Shown: positions 49,204 through 60,782 of the stretch, piece after piece
How the letters are laid out: the number at the start of each line of letters is the position of its first letter
Numbering within the stretch: position 1 is the first letter of the stretch
From: Octopus vulgaris
Lineage: Eukaryota
Direction of reading: 5' to 3'
NCBI GenBank assembly: GCA_951406725.2
Contig: OX597833.1
Coordinates: 22,320,001 to 22,384,000 of the forward strand
DNA: 64,000 nucleotides
Notes under the pieces: generated by a model
The model's input: only the letters and a program-made list of their open reading frames with translations
Databases searched by the model: none
Told to the model about the DNA's origin: nothing
Made by a program: the position numbers and the translations under genes

Positions 49204-50252
49204 GTAAGTAAATCTTGTTTCAATGTTCTTCAGTTTGATTGCCATTATTTGGTAACTAGATTGTTAAATTTTGTATAGCTTATAAAACAATAACCATCTA
49301 ATTAAAACCAAGATTAAATTTAATATTAGCAATAATCTTTGAAATAAGTCAATGTAATAGAAGTTTTATATTGATCTAATTAAAAATTCTGGAAATCTGT
49401 CAGAAATACAGTTTTCAGTTCAAACTAAACCCTTGGAGGCAATGAAACAATATACAGATTGTGATCTAAATATGAGGCTTAAAATGCAGAATATTTGAAT
49501 TATTCTAAAATGATGTAAATAGCAAATTTTTTATTCAAAGTTTCTGTCTAATTATCCATTAAAACAATGATTCATTTGTTTGTTAGTAACTAACAAAACT
49601 ATTAATCTCTTATTTCATAATTTTAAGCCTACATATCTCTGAGGCAGGACACAATGAGAGCATCCCTATTTTTATCTCTTAATAAGCAAAATAACTCTTT
49701 ACTTTCCTTTAGTGTTACTTCATTTTTAATCTTAACTAGTGTAAAATAACATGGTTAATTTGGTTAGGTGAATAAGATAGAAAATAGTCAAAAAAATAAT
49801 CCTTATTAACATAGTTGAGGTAACCCTGAACTTACTTGCTTTTACCACATCCAGTTTCTTCTGGGTTCAGATTCTAACTGTCATCCCTCTAGTATTGACA
49901 ACTGTTGAATTTATGATGTTACCATGCACAAAATTGGTCCACAGTCCAGTTTAAAATAAACATTTAAGTATTTTAGTTACTTCTTAGTTAATAATGTCCA
50001 TAATCTAGTTATAAATTACTAATTGGAACTGACTTGTTTATGCTATTGTTATGTTCTTAGTTATGAAACATTGTAACTTAGAGCCTTCTGGCTTGCCAGT
50101 CTTCACTCAAACCGTCCAACCCATGCCAGCATGGAAAATAGATGTTAAGCGATGATGTAACATCATTGCTTTTTCAAACTTGGAAAGTATTGAAAGCCTC
50201 TAATTGTCAAACTGTGTGTGTATTATATATATATATTTTTTATTTCTTTCAG

Positions 50253-50338
50253 ACCGATCCCCCCGCAGAGGGACCCCAAAGGTATCACCAAGAAAGCGCC
50301 GTCAAAACAAGCGCTTTACAGGAGCTGGAGAAGAATAA
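50253..50338 (+). CDS. SSR1: SSR1 exon 9, terminal (NRSPRRGTPKVSPRKRRQNKRFTGAGEE*)
   Basis: TTTCAG acceptor, phase 1, basic SPRR tail like human [20 protein letters not shown], TAA stop, AATAAA at 50424 and 50508. Confidence 0.94.
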
Positions 50339-51499
50339 CCGAGTTGTTGGTTAAACCAAGATTAACAATTCTTAAATTTTCTCCTTGCCATGTTGTTAGG
50401 AGAGAAACTTTTCTACTTCTAAAAATAAAATTTATTCCACGAAAGAAGTCCAAGTTCCCTCAAATTATAAGTAGGATTTTCCCTTTGTATGAATGTTGAA
50501 CTAGAGGAATAAAAGGACTTAATTTCTAACTATAGTCTTCATTTTCATTTTTCTAACCAACTATTTTGTTTACTTCATAAATGTTCTTCTTTAAGTTTTA
50601 TATTGTTATCTATGTTTCATATGTAATGTATATACTCTGTTGATAGGCCAGCTACTATGGTATTTGTCCTGAAATAACATCTCTTGTGGACATGCAGCAT
50701 CAAAACACTATATCAGAGGGAGTGAAGGAAAAAAAATCATCACTGCAGCATATCCATAAGAAAGGCCACAAATTTTCCAAGCATGTGGTTATTTCTTTAA
50801 TATAATCAAAAGGATTTGAAAGGTTAAGAGCTAAAATCAAACATATTTCCTTGTGTCAAAAGGAAAGAAATTAATTACAATTAAGTAATTAACATTTTCT
50901 TAATTTGCTTGTCATTGTCATCATTTTACATTTGCTTTTCCACATTGGTATGCGTTAGATGAGTCATCACAGTTCCAGTCAGCTTTTAATCAGTTTCTTC
51001 TCTACTAAACACAGAACTCCATGTTGTAAGTTCTATTTTTAACTTGATTTCTATGGTTAGAATCCTTTACTATCACCAGTCACTTTACAGAGTGAATTGG
51101 ATGCATTTTATTGTGACATCGGTACAAGAGAGATTGTTGTGTTCCAGCAAGACTACCTTGTAATTCTGCTCAGTCATTCACCAGCAGATTTTCTCGTGCC
51201 GGGCAGATGAAAAGAGTGAGTATTGAAAGACAACCAGAGCAAGTTGATTATAGTAGAAGACTAATTGAATACAACCGAAGAGGAAGTAAAGGTGGGAGAG
51301 TGACAGACAGATGAATGGTGATTGCTGATAGGGAGATTTAATAGGAAAGACTCTGACAGCATGATAGAATATTTATTTTAATTGTAAAATAGAAGAACCA
51401 CTTCTTTGGGCCCATTGCTTGAAGTAGTGTTTCTTAGTCTCCACATTTAGTTCACTCTGCTAATCAAGATTTTTGAATATCATAAAAGATTAATTTTCA

Positions 51500-51578
51500 T
51501 CAACTGTCACCAGTGTTAAGTATATTTTCATTTGAAGGCTCAAGAAGAAAGTCTTTGATATAATCTTTCTGTAGTAAA
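51500..51578 (-). CDS. CTU2: CTU2 terminal exon (LLQKDYIKDFLLEPSNENILNTGDS*)
   Basis: TTTTACAG acceptor, IKDFLLE resembles human IRDCLIE, TGA stop, minus-strand AATAAA at 51372-51377. Confidence 0.85.
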
Positions 51579-51933
51579 CTGTAAAAGACAAGAACATTGT
51601 ATATTGAACAATACTTTTTTTTTTCCCCCTTAAATATAAAATAAATTAAATAAAAAAGTAGTTTTAATTTTTTTGTAATTAAATAAAAAAAAAAAAATTA
51701 TCTAAATCAAATATAGGGAGGAGTATTGAATAATTAAACTAATATTGAAACTCAATTGAATGTTCTTTTTCGTTAGTTTGAATTATATTTCAGTTTACAA
51801 CAGCGTTTTAATTTTATTGAAATTACAAATCAAAAGTAATTAAAAAATATTGAAATTCAGATTCAAACTAATTTTGTGGCACGATAATTAAAAGCTGCTG
51901 GTCAAACATTATTTCAAAAAATTCTACACAAAC

Positions 51934-51980
51934 CTTATATTTGGTTGGGTCATTTGAATTGGTAAAAGATCTGGTTCATT
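51934..51980 (-). CDS. CTU2: CTU2 penultimate exon (NEPDLLPIQMTQPNIS)
   Basis: Long pyrimidine tract plus AAG acceptor, AG|GTTTGT donor; phase 0 to 2 bridges the flanking exons; aligns with the human LDPLPPYI region. Confidence 0.75.
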
Positions 51981-52960
51981 CTTAGTGTAGAAAGAAAGAG
52001 AGGAAATAATTGTCAGACATGAATTGCTTATTTTTGTGGCTTTGGTTAATGCAACATTTTGGATGTTAAAACCAATACTTATGAGGCAAAAAAGAAAAAA
52101 AAATACATTTCAAATTATTCCTCTCAAAGTACACTGCTATTTAGAGAAGTTATAAGGAACTTCATATTGAATAATCTGCTAGAAACGGCAATGAAACTTC
52201 CTTCAATTACACAGCCATCTTAAAGGAAGGACATATAGAGGCTACATTATACTATCAGGGGTGGGGGGGAGAATGGTCATTTGTCTGTTCAATGTGTGCT
52301 ATGTGGGGTCTACACAACAGCTGCATTTACCTGGAAAATTGCAGGAAGAGGTTTCAAACTTTATCAATAACTTACATTATAGAAATAGGTCAAACTAGTA
52401 GAACTGGTTCAGCATCAGACAAAATGCCTTTTTCTTATTCATCACATTTCTGTTAAGTTGGTGAGTTGACAATGCATTTGCACCTCATTAAATAAAATTA
52501 TCACTCATGACTCTCGTGGCCTACTGTAAGATGCATGAACAACAAGCTGTTATTTCACTGTTGTTCCAAGTTAGTCATTACAGAACAACTAAGGTAGTAT
52601 AAAAATACCTTAATAAGAATTATCAAACTTGAACATAGTTCAGGCTTTAAAATATACCTTTGACTTATTTTAGTCATTAGACTGTGGTGATACTGGGGCA
52701 CCACCTTGGTACTTTTTTTCTTTTCCAAGTACTAGTACTTATTCTATTGGTTTCTTTTATTGAACCACTAAATTATAGGATATAAACACACCACCATTGG
52801 TTGCCAAGCGATAGTGGAGGACACACACATGTACATACAACAGGTTTCTTTCAGTTTCCATCAACCAAATCCACTTACAAGACTTGGTTGACCTGAGGCT
52901 TATAGTAGAAGACACCTGCCCAAAGTGCCACACAGTGGAATCATGTGGTTGGAAAGTAAG

Positions 52961-53326
52961 ATGTATCTGATCTTAATTTATCAAAAAGACCACTATCTAA
53001 TGAAGTACTCAATACATTTTAAAATGCAGTTTATTTTATTTTGATATTGACTCAAACTACTTGACCTCTGAAGATGTATTAGAGAACAAGAAACACCAAA
53101 TTTTTATACACATATAAACCTTACACTAAATTTAGTGTTTCTTGGCCCCAGATACATCTTCAGAGGTCATATAGTTAGATCTTTGAAGATTTAGAAAATA
53201 TGAAACAGTAAATTTTGTATAAAATCAATATTAAAATAAAATAAATACAAACTTAGCATTTTAAATTGTATTGAGTACTTTATTGGATAGTTGTTTTCTT
53301 GATAAATTAAAGATCATCAGATACAT
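52961..53326. repeat. Fold-back palindromic element (MITE-like) in a CTU2 intron
   Basis: ATGTATCTGAT...AAGTACTCAATACA...TGACCTCTGAAGATGTAT is mirrored by ATACATCTTCAGAGGTCA...TGTATTGAGTACTT...ATCAGATACAT. Confidence 0.78.
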
Positions 53327-53329
53327 ATA

Positions 53330-53367
<38 letters not shown>

Positions 53368-54027
53368 CATACATGTGTGTGTATGTGTGATCCAGTCCAT
53401 GTTAACAGATTGATGAAATTTAACAGAGAAGCAGTGGTAGGGTAATTCCATTATTAAGATGTAAAGAAAGACCTTCAACTCAGGATTGCAAAGTAATGGA
53501 ACAATAGTTAATTTATACAGGTACGTATTAGTAAGTTGTACTCATTGTGTTTTTCAAAAAACTTGATGGAATAAGTGACAGTTATGTGAAATGTCGACAT
53601 AATAACCATACTTGTAACATATATTACGAAGATCAACTGTAACTCTAAAGTCAAATAAATTCTCCAATTTGGGATGTATTTAAAATAGCAAAGCAAAAAA
53701 TTAAAAATTTTTAAATCCCGCTAAATTTTACTTCAGGAACCTTTACCTTTTTGATACCAACCTGCCTGAGACTGCCTTCAAATCTATGATATAAACATCC
53801 TGTTATCTAAATTAAAACTGTCCACCAAAATTCTATGTTAAATTATGTTCCAAACACCAGCTTAATAGTGACAGCTGTTTTACTAAATTCTACATTATAT
53901 TCAAAATCAATTGAAACAAAGGCAATGTGTTTTAACAGAAATATAGTGAAGATCAACTGATTTCATATGTTGAAATTAAATATTTTGTTGGTGTTGTAAT
54001 TCCATTATGATAAAAGTATTTACTCAC

Positions 54028-54088
54028 CATTTCTCGTGCCATGGCTCGACAACCAAAACACAAGTGGTCAGAGATACCAACATCATTG
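54028..54088 (-). CDS. CTU2: CTU2 exon (NDVGISDHLCFGCRAMAREM)
   Basis: TTTTAG acceptor, ATG|GTGAGT donor, conserved LC(Y/F)xCR motif. Confidence 0.92.
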
Positions 54089-55095
54089 CTAAAACAAAAA
54101 TAACAGATTCTCTTAATAGTATGCATGGTCAAGAAGGAAAGGATAAATCTCATTGAAATATTTTTTAAAAATTGTAATTTAGAAGGGATCTTCTCCAGAA
54201 ATAATGGTTAAAAGAATATGATGGGATTTAACAAATGCTTTTTGCTTTGATAATTTCTTTCAAAATAAAGTACAGGATATCACCAACATTTAACATCCAT
54301 ATACCATGTTGACACGAGTTAAGACGGTTTGAACATTCGAGCGTGGTCGTTGCCAGTGCCGCTGGACTGGCTCCTAAAAAACTGACACATAAAAAACACC
54401 ATTTGAGTGTGGCCATTGCCAGTACCGCCTGATTGGCCCTTGTGCCAGTGGCACATAAAAGCAACCACTACACTCTCAGAGTGGTTGGCGTTAGGAAGGG
54501 CATCCAGCTGTAGAAACTCTGCCAGATTAGATTGGAGCCTGGTGCAGCCATCTGGTTCACCAGTCCTCAATTAAATCGTCCAACCCATGCTAGCATGGAA
54601 AGTGGACGTTAAACGATGATGATGATGGGTCCAAGGACTGCATCGTGCTCCAGTGTTTCCTTCAGCATGGCTTCTGTTGTTGGATGCCCTTCCTAATGTC
54701 AACCACTTGTGTGCTTTCTTCGGGCCACTGGCACTAATGAGGTCACCATGCAGCTCACAAGATTACAAAACAAAGGAAGATGAAGGGCTAAAGTATAAGA
54801 GAAGGCAGGGCTTGAGTGCAGGTTACACAACCAAGTGGTTCTAGGTTTGATCTCAGTGTGAATCAAACGAAACTGAGTGAAATTTGGTAGACAGAAACTA
54901 CACAGAGAAGCCAGCCAAATTCATATGTTTATATATATATTATAATCACACACGTATGTAGATTGTATTTAATTCTGTCCTTTGATACCAAGATGTACTG
55001 AGTACTGAGAGTGGTATAATGAACTAAAACATTCAAATGGTGATGCTCCAGCATGACCATAGTCCAAAAATTGAAACCAATCAAAGAACACACAA

Positions 55096-56290
55096 TTCAC
55101 CTGAAACATAGAAGGCCCTGCTCGATCTGTAGAAAAGGCATAGGCAGAAACTCCATAAGATATACCCAGTGTAAGCTATGGACACATAAGAGGTAGAGCA
55201 ACATCAGAGGAAGGTTAACAGGGAAAATAGTTATTGTGTGTGAAAGATGCACAGGTACAATTAACACTAAAAATGTACAGGAAACAGACTCCATCAAATG
55301 CCATGGGGAAAACTAGAAATAGTCGATAGCTTCTGTTACCTAGGTGACCAAGTCAGTAGTGGAGGTGGATGCTCCAAGAGCATAGCTGCTAGAATAAGAA
55401 TAGGCTGGGCAAAGTTCAGAGAGCTACCTCTACTGGTAACAAAGGGCCTCTCTCTCAGAGTGAAAGGCAGACTGTATGATGCCTGTGTGCAAACAGCCAG
55501 GCTACAAGGCAGTGAAACATGGGCTGTAACTGCTGAAGACGTGTAGGCTTGTAAGAAATGAAGCTAACATGCTTCGCTGGATGTGTAATGTCAGTGTGCA
55601 TTCATAACAAAGTAAGCATCTTGAGAGAAAAGTTGGGCATGAGGTATCAGTTGTGGTGTGCAAGAGAGATGACTGCGCTGGTATGGTCATGTGATGCATG
55701 TAGATGAGGACAGCTGTGTGAAGATGTGCCACACTCTAAAGGTGGAAGAGGTAGACCCAAGAAGATATGGGATGAGGTGTTGAAGCATGATCTTCGAATG
55801 TTGGGCCTCATGGAGGCAATGACTGAGACCGTTGGTGATATGCTGTGCTTGAGGAGACCCATCAAGCCAAGTGATATTGTAGTTGTGGCTGATGCCAGTG
55901 ACACATAACTGGCATGTAAAAACCGCCCTTCAAACGTTGGGTGATGTGCTGTGCTGAGAAGAATTGTCAAGCTAAGTGAAATCATAGTCATGGCTGATAC
56001 CAGTGCCGTTTGACTGGCACCCGTGCTGGTAGCATGTAAAAGGCACCGTTCAAGCATTGAACCTCACAGTGGCAGTGACAAGTAACTGAGACCTTTGGCG
56101 ATATACCATGCTTGTGTAAACCTGTCAAGTTAAGTGAGACCAGTTATGGCCGATGCTGGTGTCACATCAATGGCACCCATTCCGGTGACATGTAAAAAGA
56201 ACCCACTACACTTTTGAAGTGGTTGGCATTAGGAAAGGCATCCAGCTGTAGAAACCTTGCCAAATCAGATTGGAACCTGGTGCAGCTTAC
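55096..56290 (+). mobile_element. RTE-clade LINE 3' portion with PHD-like Cys cluster and repeat-containing 3' UTR
   Basis: PCSICRKGIGRNSI...CKLWTHKR...VCERC; EIVDSFCYLGD...RIRIGWAKFREL...KGRLYDACV...GSETW; LRWYGHV; RGRPKKIW. Confidence 0.88.
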
Positions 56291-56724
56291 CAATTTTTCA
56301 GTCAAATATATATATATATCGAAGCAGATGTGTGGCTGTATGGATACATAGTTTGCTAGTAACCATTTGATTTCACATTGTATCCCACTGCCTGGCACCT
56401 TGGGTCTTCTATAATCTCAAACTGATGAATGCTTTATAAAGTGAAATTGGTAAATGAGATGGAAACTAGTTGTTTGTTTGTGAGTGTGTAGATAGATAGA
56501 TAGATATGTGAAAGTACATGGCCTAGAAGTTAAGCAATTGCATTTACAATTGAGACCATGAGTTCAATTCCAAGACTGGCTGCATGTTGTGTCTTTGAGC
56601 AAAACACTTCATTTTACATTGCTCCAGTCCACTTAACGGTAAATGGATGACCCTGCAATGAACCAGAGGGAATGCTGACCTGCTCGCCTACCAAGCAGGG
56701 TGGTATCATTCAAAAGTTAAAATG

Positions 56725-57130
56725 AGGCGTAGGAGTGGCTGTGTGGTAAGTAGCTTGTTTACCAACCACATGGTTCTGGGTTCAGTCCCACTGCGTGGCA
56801 CCTTGGGCAAGTGTCTTCTACTATAGCCTCAGGCCGACCAAAGCCTTGTGAGTGGATTTGGTAGACGGAAACTGAAAGAAGCCCGTCGTATATATGTATA
56901 TATATATGCGTGTGGGTGTTTGTGTATCTGTGTTTGTCCCCCTAGCATTGCTTGACAACCGATGCTGGTGTGTCTATGTCCCCGTTACTTAGCGGTTCGG
57001 CAAAAGAGACCGATAGAATAAGTACTGGGCTTACAAAAGAATAAGTCCCGGGGTCAAGTTGTTCGATTAAAAGGCGGTGCTCCAGCATGGCCACAGTCAA
57101 ATGACTGAAACAAGTAAAAGAGTAAAAGAG
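56725..57130 (+). mobile_element. Full-length tRNA-derived SINE with internal microsatellite (copies at 37160-37680, 15375-15747 -, 30270-30600 -, 35090-35430 -, 52660-52950 -)
   Basis: GGCGTAGGAGTGGCTGTGTGGTAAG...GGGTTCAGTCCC head, (TA/TG)n core, GACTGAAACAAGTAAAAGAG tail; nested in an older SINE. Confidence 0.85.
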
Positions 57131-57701
57131 ATGCAAAGCACATTGAGACCAATGATGTATAACAACATCCGATAGCCTGGTCAATCATGCGATATATAAA
57201 TATATACATATGTAAGTGATGGTTGTAAATGAACATCAGCATCATATAAACGAGCAGTTGTTTATTTTTATTCTTCAGTGGAAAACATGTCTGGCACACA
57301 GGAAAATATCACTTTACTCAGAAACAGTCGGGGTTGGTAACAAGAAAGGCACTGACTATAAAAAATCTGCCTCTTCTTAACCCATGCAATCATGGAAAAA
57401 TGGACTTTAAAACAATGATTATTATGAAATCATGGTCTGATGGAATGGGAACTTCTCACAGATTGCAACATGCCCACAAAATTTGAGAATATTTCATTTC
57501 CTTACAATTAAATACCCTGAGGCATACTGAACTGAATATTCTAACAAGGGACACATAAAAATACAGTAGATATAAACTCACAAACTTCACCATAAACCTT
57601 TGTCAGTCAAGAGGTCAAAAAAGTTAAGAACCTCCGTGTTAATATTCTGTAAAGGGAACATGTCTAAATAAATGTAAACCAAGTTAGGGTTTTAAATTTA
57701 C

Positions 57702-57817
57702 CTGTTGCAGTTACCTTCACCATTTACTTGCTGTTCTTGAATGCCATTGGAAAGATTATATGATAAATGGAGGGCGTTGAGAGCAGATGCTTCAAGGACA
57801 GCAGTATCTAACCAACC
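57702..57817 (-). CDS. CTU2: CTU2 exon (GWLDTAVLEASALNALHLSYNLSNGIQEQQVNGEGNCN)
   Basis: TACAG acceptor, CAG|GTAAAT donor giving phase 2 that matches the next exon; corresponds to the human LDVDAADSATAFGA region. Confidence 0.85.
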
Positions 57818-59105
57818 CTGTAACACAAAGCAGAGAAATAATCAAATAAAACAATTAAGTACAAGATTGTTAAAAGAAGGGAAAAAATTATTATAGAATA
57901 TCAATAAATTTCATCAATTATCAGAATATCTGAAACATTTTCATCCAGCAGTATACATATTTACAATATTTATCTTTTACCTTTTTACTTGTTTCAGTCA
58001 TTAGACTGTGGCCGTGTTGCTTTGAAGAATTATTTTTAGTCAAATGAATCAACCACAATATGTTTTTGTAAAGCCTGGTACTTATTTTATCAATCCTTTT
58101 TTCTAAATTGCTAAATTACAGGGACATAAACACAGTTTTTTTTTTTTTGCTGAACAGCTGTTATGGGCTGAAATGCACATACAGATAGTGGGCTTCTGCA
58201 CAGTTTCCTCCATCAAATTCATTCTCAAGGCATTGGTTGTCCTGGAGTTATAGTAGGAGACATTAATCTAAGGTACTGTGTATTGGGACTGAACCCCATG
58301 GCCGTGCAATAAACTTCTTGACCTCAAAGTTTTACAATTTATTAAGACCCTTTTTTTTCAGACACAGATACCTAAAAATAATCCAGGGAAAAATTTAGCT
58401 TCAACTTTCTATTTACTTTTTATCTTTAGAATTTTCTTTGATCCACAGAAGCAATGAAAGACACTTGCAGCATTACTGCAAGTGACTAAGAGAACAAGAT
58501 ACAGCCATGTGCCCTCATGAGCCTCGCCTTAAGCTTTTGTCAGTCTAGAAGTCAAAGACGTTAAGAACTTCATTGTTAGCAAACCAGCTTTTTAAAAGTC
58601 TTGTATGCTATGGGCTGGAATTGTGAAATTCCTTCAATTGGCAATATTTCCATGACTTATTCCATTCAAACACAAATGTAATAGCATTTGTTAAATAATT
58701 ATTGAGCCGGTGGCACGTAAAAAGCACCCACTACACTCGCGGAGTGGTTGGCGTTAGGAAGGGCATCCAGCTGTAGAAACACTGCCAGATCAGACTGGAG
58801 CCTGGTGCAGCCCCTGGCTCCCCAGACCCCGGTCGAACCGTCCAACCCGTGTTAGCGCGGAAAACGGACATTAAACGGTGATGATGATGATGATGATGAT
58901 GGACTTGTTTAGTAAGTGAATTCACCTGAGTTGATGAATGTCAACTAAAATAACTGCACTGTGATGTCATGATACATGGATGGATATAGGATTTAGAAGT
59001 TTAACAGATAAACAAGAAGATATCTAAAGGATTTTCAATTTTCAGAATTAAAATATACAAATTCAGTCTAGAATGAAATCTAAAAAAAACATAAATTGTA
59101 CTCAC

Positions 59106-59169
59106 CTTACAAAGAGTACACTTGGACCGTACTTCATTATTTCGTTGTACATCTAATTTTTCACTTGTC
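59106..59169 (-). CDS. CTU2: CTU2 exon (TSEKLDVQRNNEVRSKCTLCK)
   Basis: TTCAG acceptor, AAG|GTGAGT donor, phases fit neighbours, TSEKL and CxLC motifs. Confidence 0.93.
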
Positions 59170-60033
59170 CTGAAGAGTAATAGAATGTAAAACAATTTTT
59201 ACACAGGAAAAATACAACAGATTTATAGATAAGAGTATTAATTACTGTTTTATTTTATTTTAAAATGGTACAACACCTGAGATATTTGAAGAAGCAAGAA
59301 ATGAGAGCTTGGATATAAAATATAGATATGATATTATTTCTTTTTACTGATATGTCGAAAAAATGACTGTGTGATATTTATGCTTATCTAAAATATATAA
59401 ACAGTTCAATTGAAGTTAAATTGTTTGAAGTAGGATTCAAAACTGGGTTCACCATTTTTATAAGATGAAAATATTAAAATCTATTTTTGTGACAACATTT
59501 CAGATGTTACAACCGCTATCATAAAAGTTGAATAAACTGGACTTCAGTCAAACTTTCCATGTCAAGTTAAATCATCTGATCTAAGTCAGGTAGAAATCAT
59601 TGATTTAGACCTCAATCTGTCATAAGCTCTAGGACTCAACAAGCCAGAGTCTAATCCAGTTTTCATGGTGACTGAGATTACAACATTAGGCTGCCAGTCT
59701 GTTGTAGGTTTAACTTCCCACCTAATGCTGGAAATCATTTACAACAGAGATGACTGGAGCAACATGAAATGAAGTGCTTTTCTCAAGAATACAATGCACT
59801 GCTCAGGCCCAGAATTGAAACCACAATTTTATGATTGTGAGGGCAATACACCTAACCATTAAGGTCATGTACCTTCACAGAAATCATTGAGTGCTGGACT
59901 AAATCCTTTAGTGTATTTAATTATTGCTGCCCCTCTCCTGGATTAAAATCCATTAAGATCAATTTTGCCTTTCATCTCTCTAGGGTCAATGACTACCATA
60001 ACCAGTAATAAACTAAGTAATAGTCAAGTAGAC

Positions 60034-60254
60034 AACCCTTTAGCATTCAGATTTCTCTGTCAAGTGCAATGCTTATTTATTCACATTATTTTGAATTAAT
60101 CATGCACTATTTCATAGCTTTGAGATTTCCATGATGTGATTATTTTTAGAAGGACATTGTAGAGTAGGTGTGAGAGGTTGGATCTGGCTGTTTAAACATA
60201 AAACAGGTAGACAATTTGGGTCTGATATGGCTGGTTTGAATGCCCTAGGGTTAA
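60034..60254. mobile_element. piggyBac-like MITE (other copies 5289-5515, 38459-38682, partial 60336-60471 and about 44170-44320)
   Basis: AACCCTTTAGCATT...AATGC..AGGGTTAA ends (CCC/GGG with TTAA); about 220-bp family repeated in the window. Confidence 0.7.
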
Positions 60255-60690
60255 TGATGCTTTCTAACATGAACTTAATGACTTAAATACTTTTATGACT
60301 TTTTATAGTCTACCTGTATTATTATGTTCAAAGTAACTGGATCAGTCTTCTCACACCTACCCTACAATGTCCTTCTAAAAATTAAACAACCACATCATTG
60401 GAATCCCAAAGCTACAATGATTAATTCAAAATAATGCATTTGACAGAGAAATCTGGATACTAAAGGGTTAAGCTTATGAGTAATATGATAGTAATATTCT
60501 CATAATTTTAAAGACGACTTTTCCATGCTGATATTAATAAAACAGGTCTACAAGACATTTTTATGCAGCACCAACACTTCAAGATAGTGGAAATTGTTAA
60601 TTTAATCTCCAAATATCATTTTAGTACCAAGTCTAATAATACAGTACTTGACTGAAACATTAGTGTCTTTAGTTTTAAAGCTGAACTTAC

Positions 60691-60782
60691 CGAGTAATGT
60701 TGCAGACTGTTGATGGATATTCAACATGGAGTTCGGTGACAAACTTTTCTGTCAGCCGTTCAATACTTGCATTACAAGAACC
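60691..60782 (-). CDS. CTU2: CTU2 exon (GSCNASIERLTEKFVTELHVEYPSTVCNITR)
   Basis: TAG acceptor, GTAAGT donor, similar to human ASIHRLMEAFILRLQTQFPSTVSTVYR. Confidence 0.93.

Larger units (their letters stand above)
21832..50338 (+). other. SSR1: SSR1 / TRAP-alpha gene span, ATG to stop, 9 coding exons, 305 aa
   Basis: Exons 76+140+94+128+132+80+79+103+86 = 918 nt join in frame through GT-AG introns. The protein has a signal peptide, acidic stretch, LVGFTN, RYPQDFSFYIQNFT, RPFGLVVN, GLDGET, one TM helix, VDYEWLP and a basic tail, all TRAP-alpha hallmarks. Confidence 0.96.
51500..60782 (-). other. CTU2: CTU2 (cytoplasmic tRNA 2-thiolation protein 2), 3' part; 5' exons not found and probably beyond the window end
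   Basis: Six exons join in frame: GSCNASIERLTEKFVTELHVEYPSTVCNITRTSEKL...CTLCKGWLD...LCFGCR...DLLP...IKDFLLE...*. This matches CTU2/Ncs2 motifs SIxRL, PSTVxxxxRTSEKL, CxLC and LCYxC. Confidence 0.92.

Noticed and set aside
50142-50499. Supplied ORFs overlapping the SSR1 last exon
   Set aside because: Wrong frames; splicing phase from exon 8 selects the RSPRR...GEE* frame.
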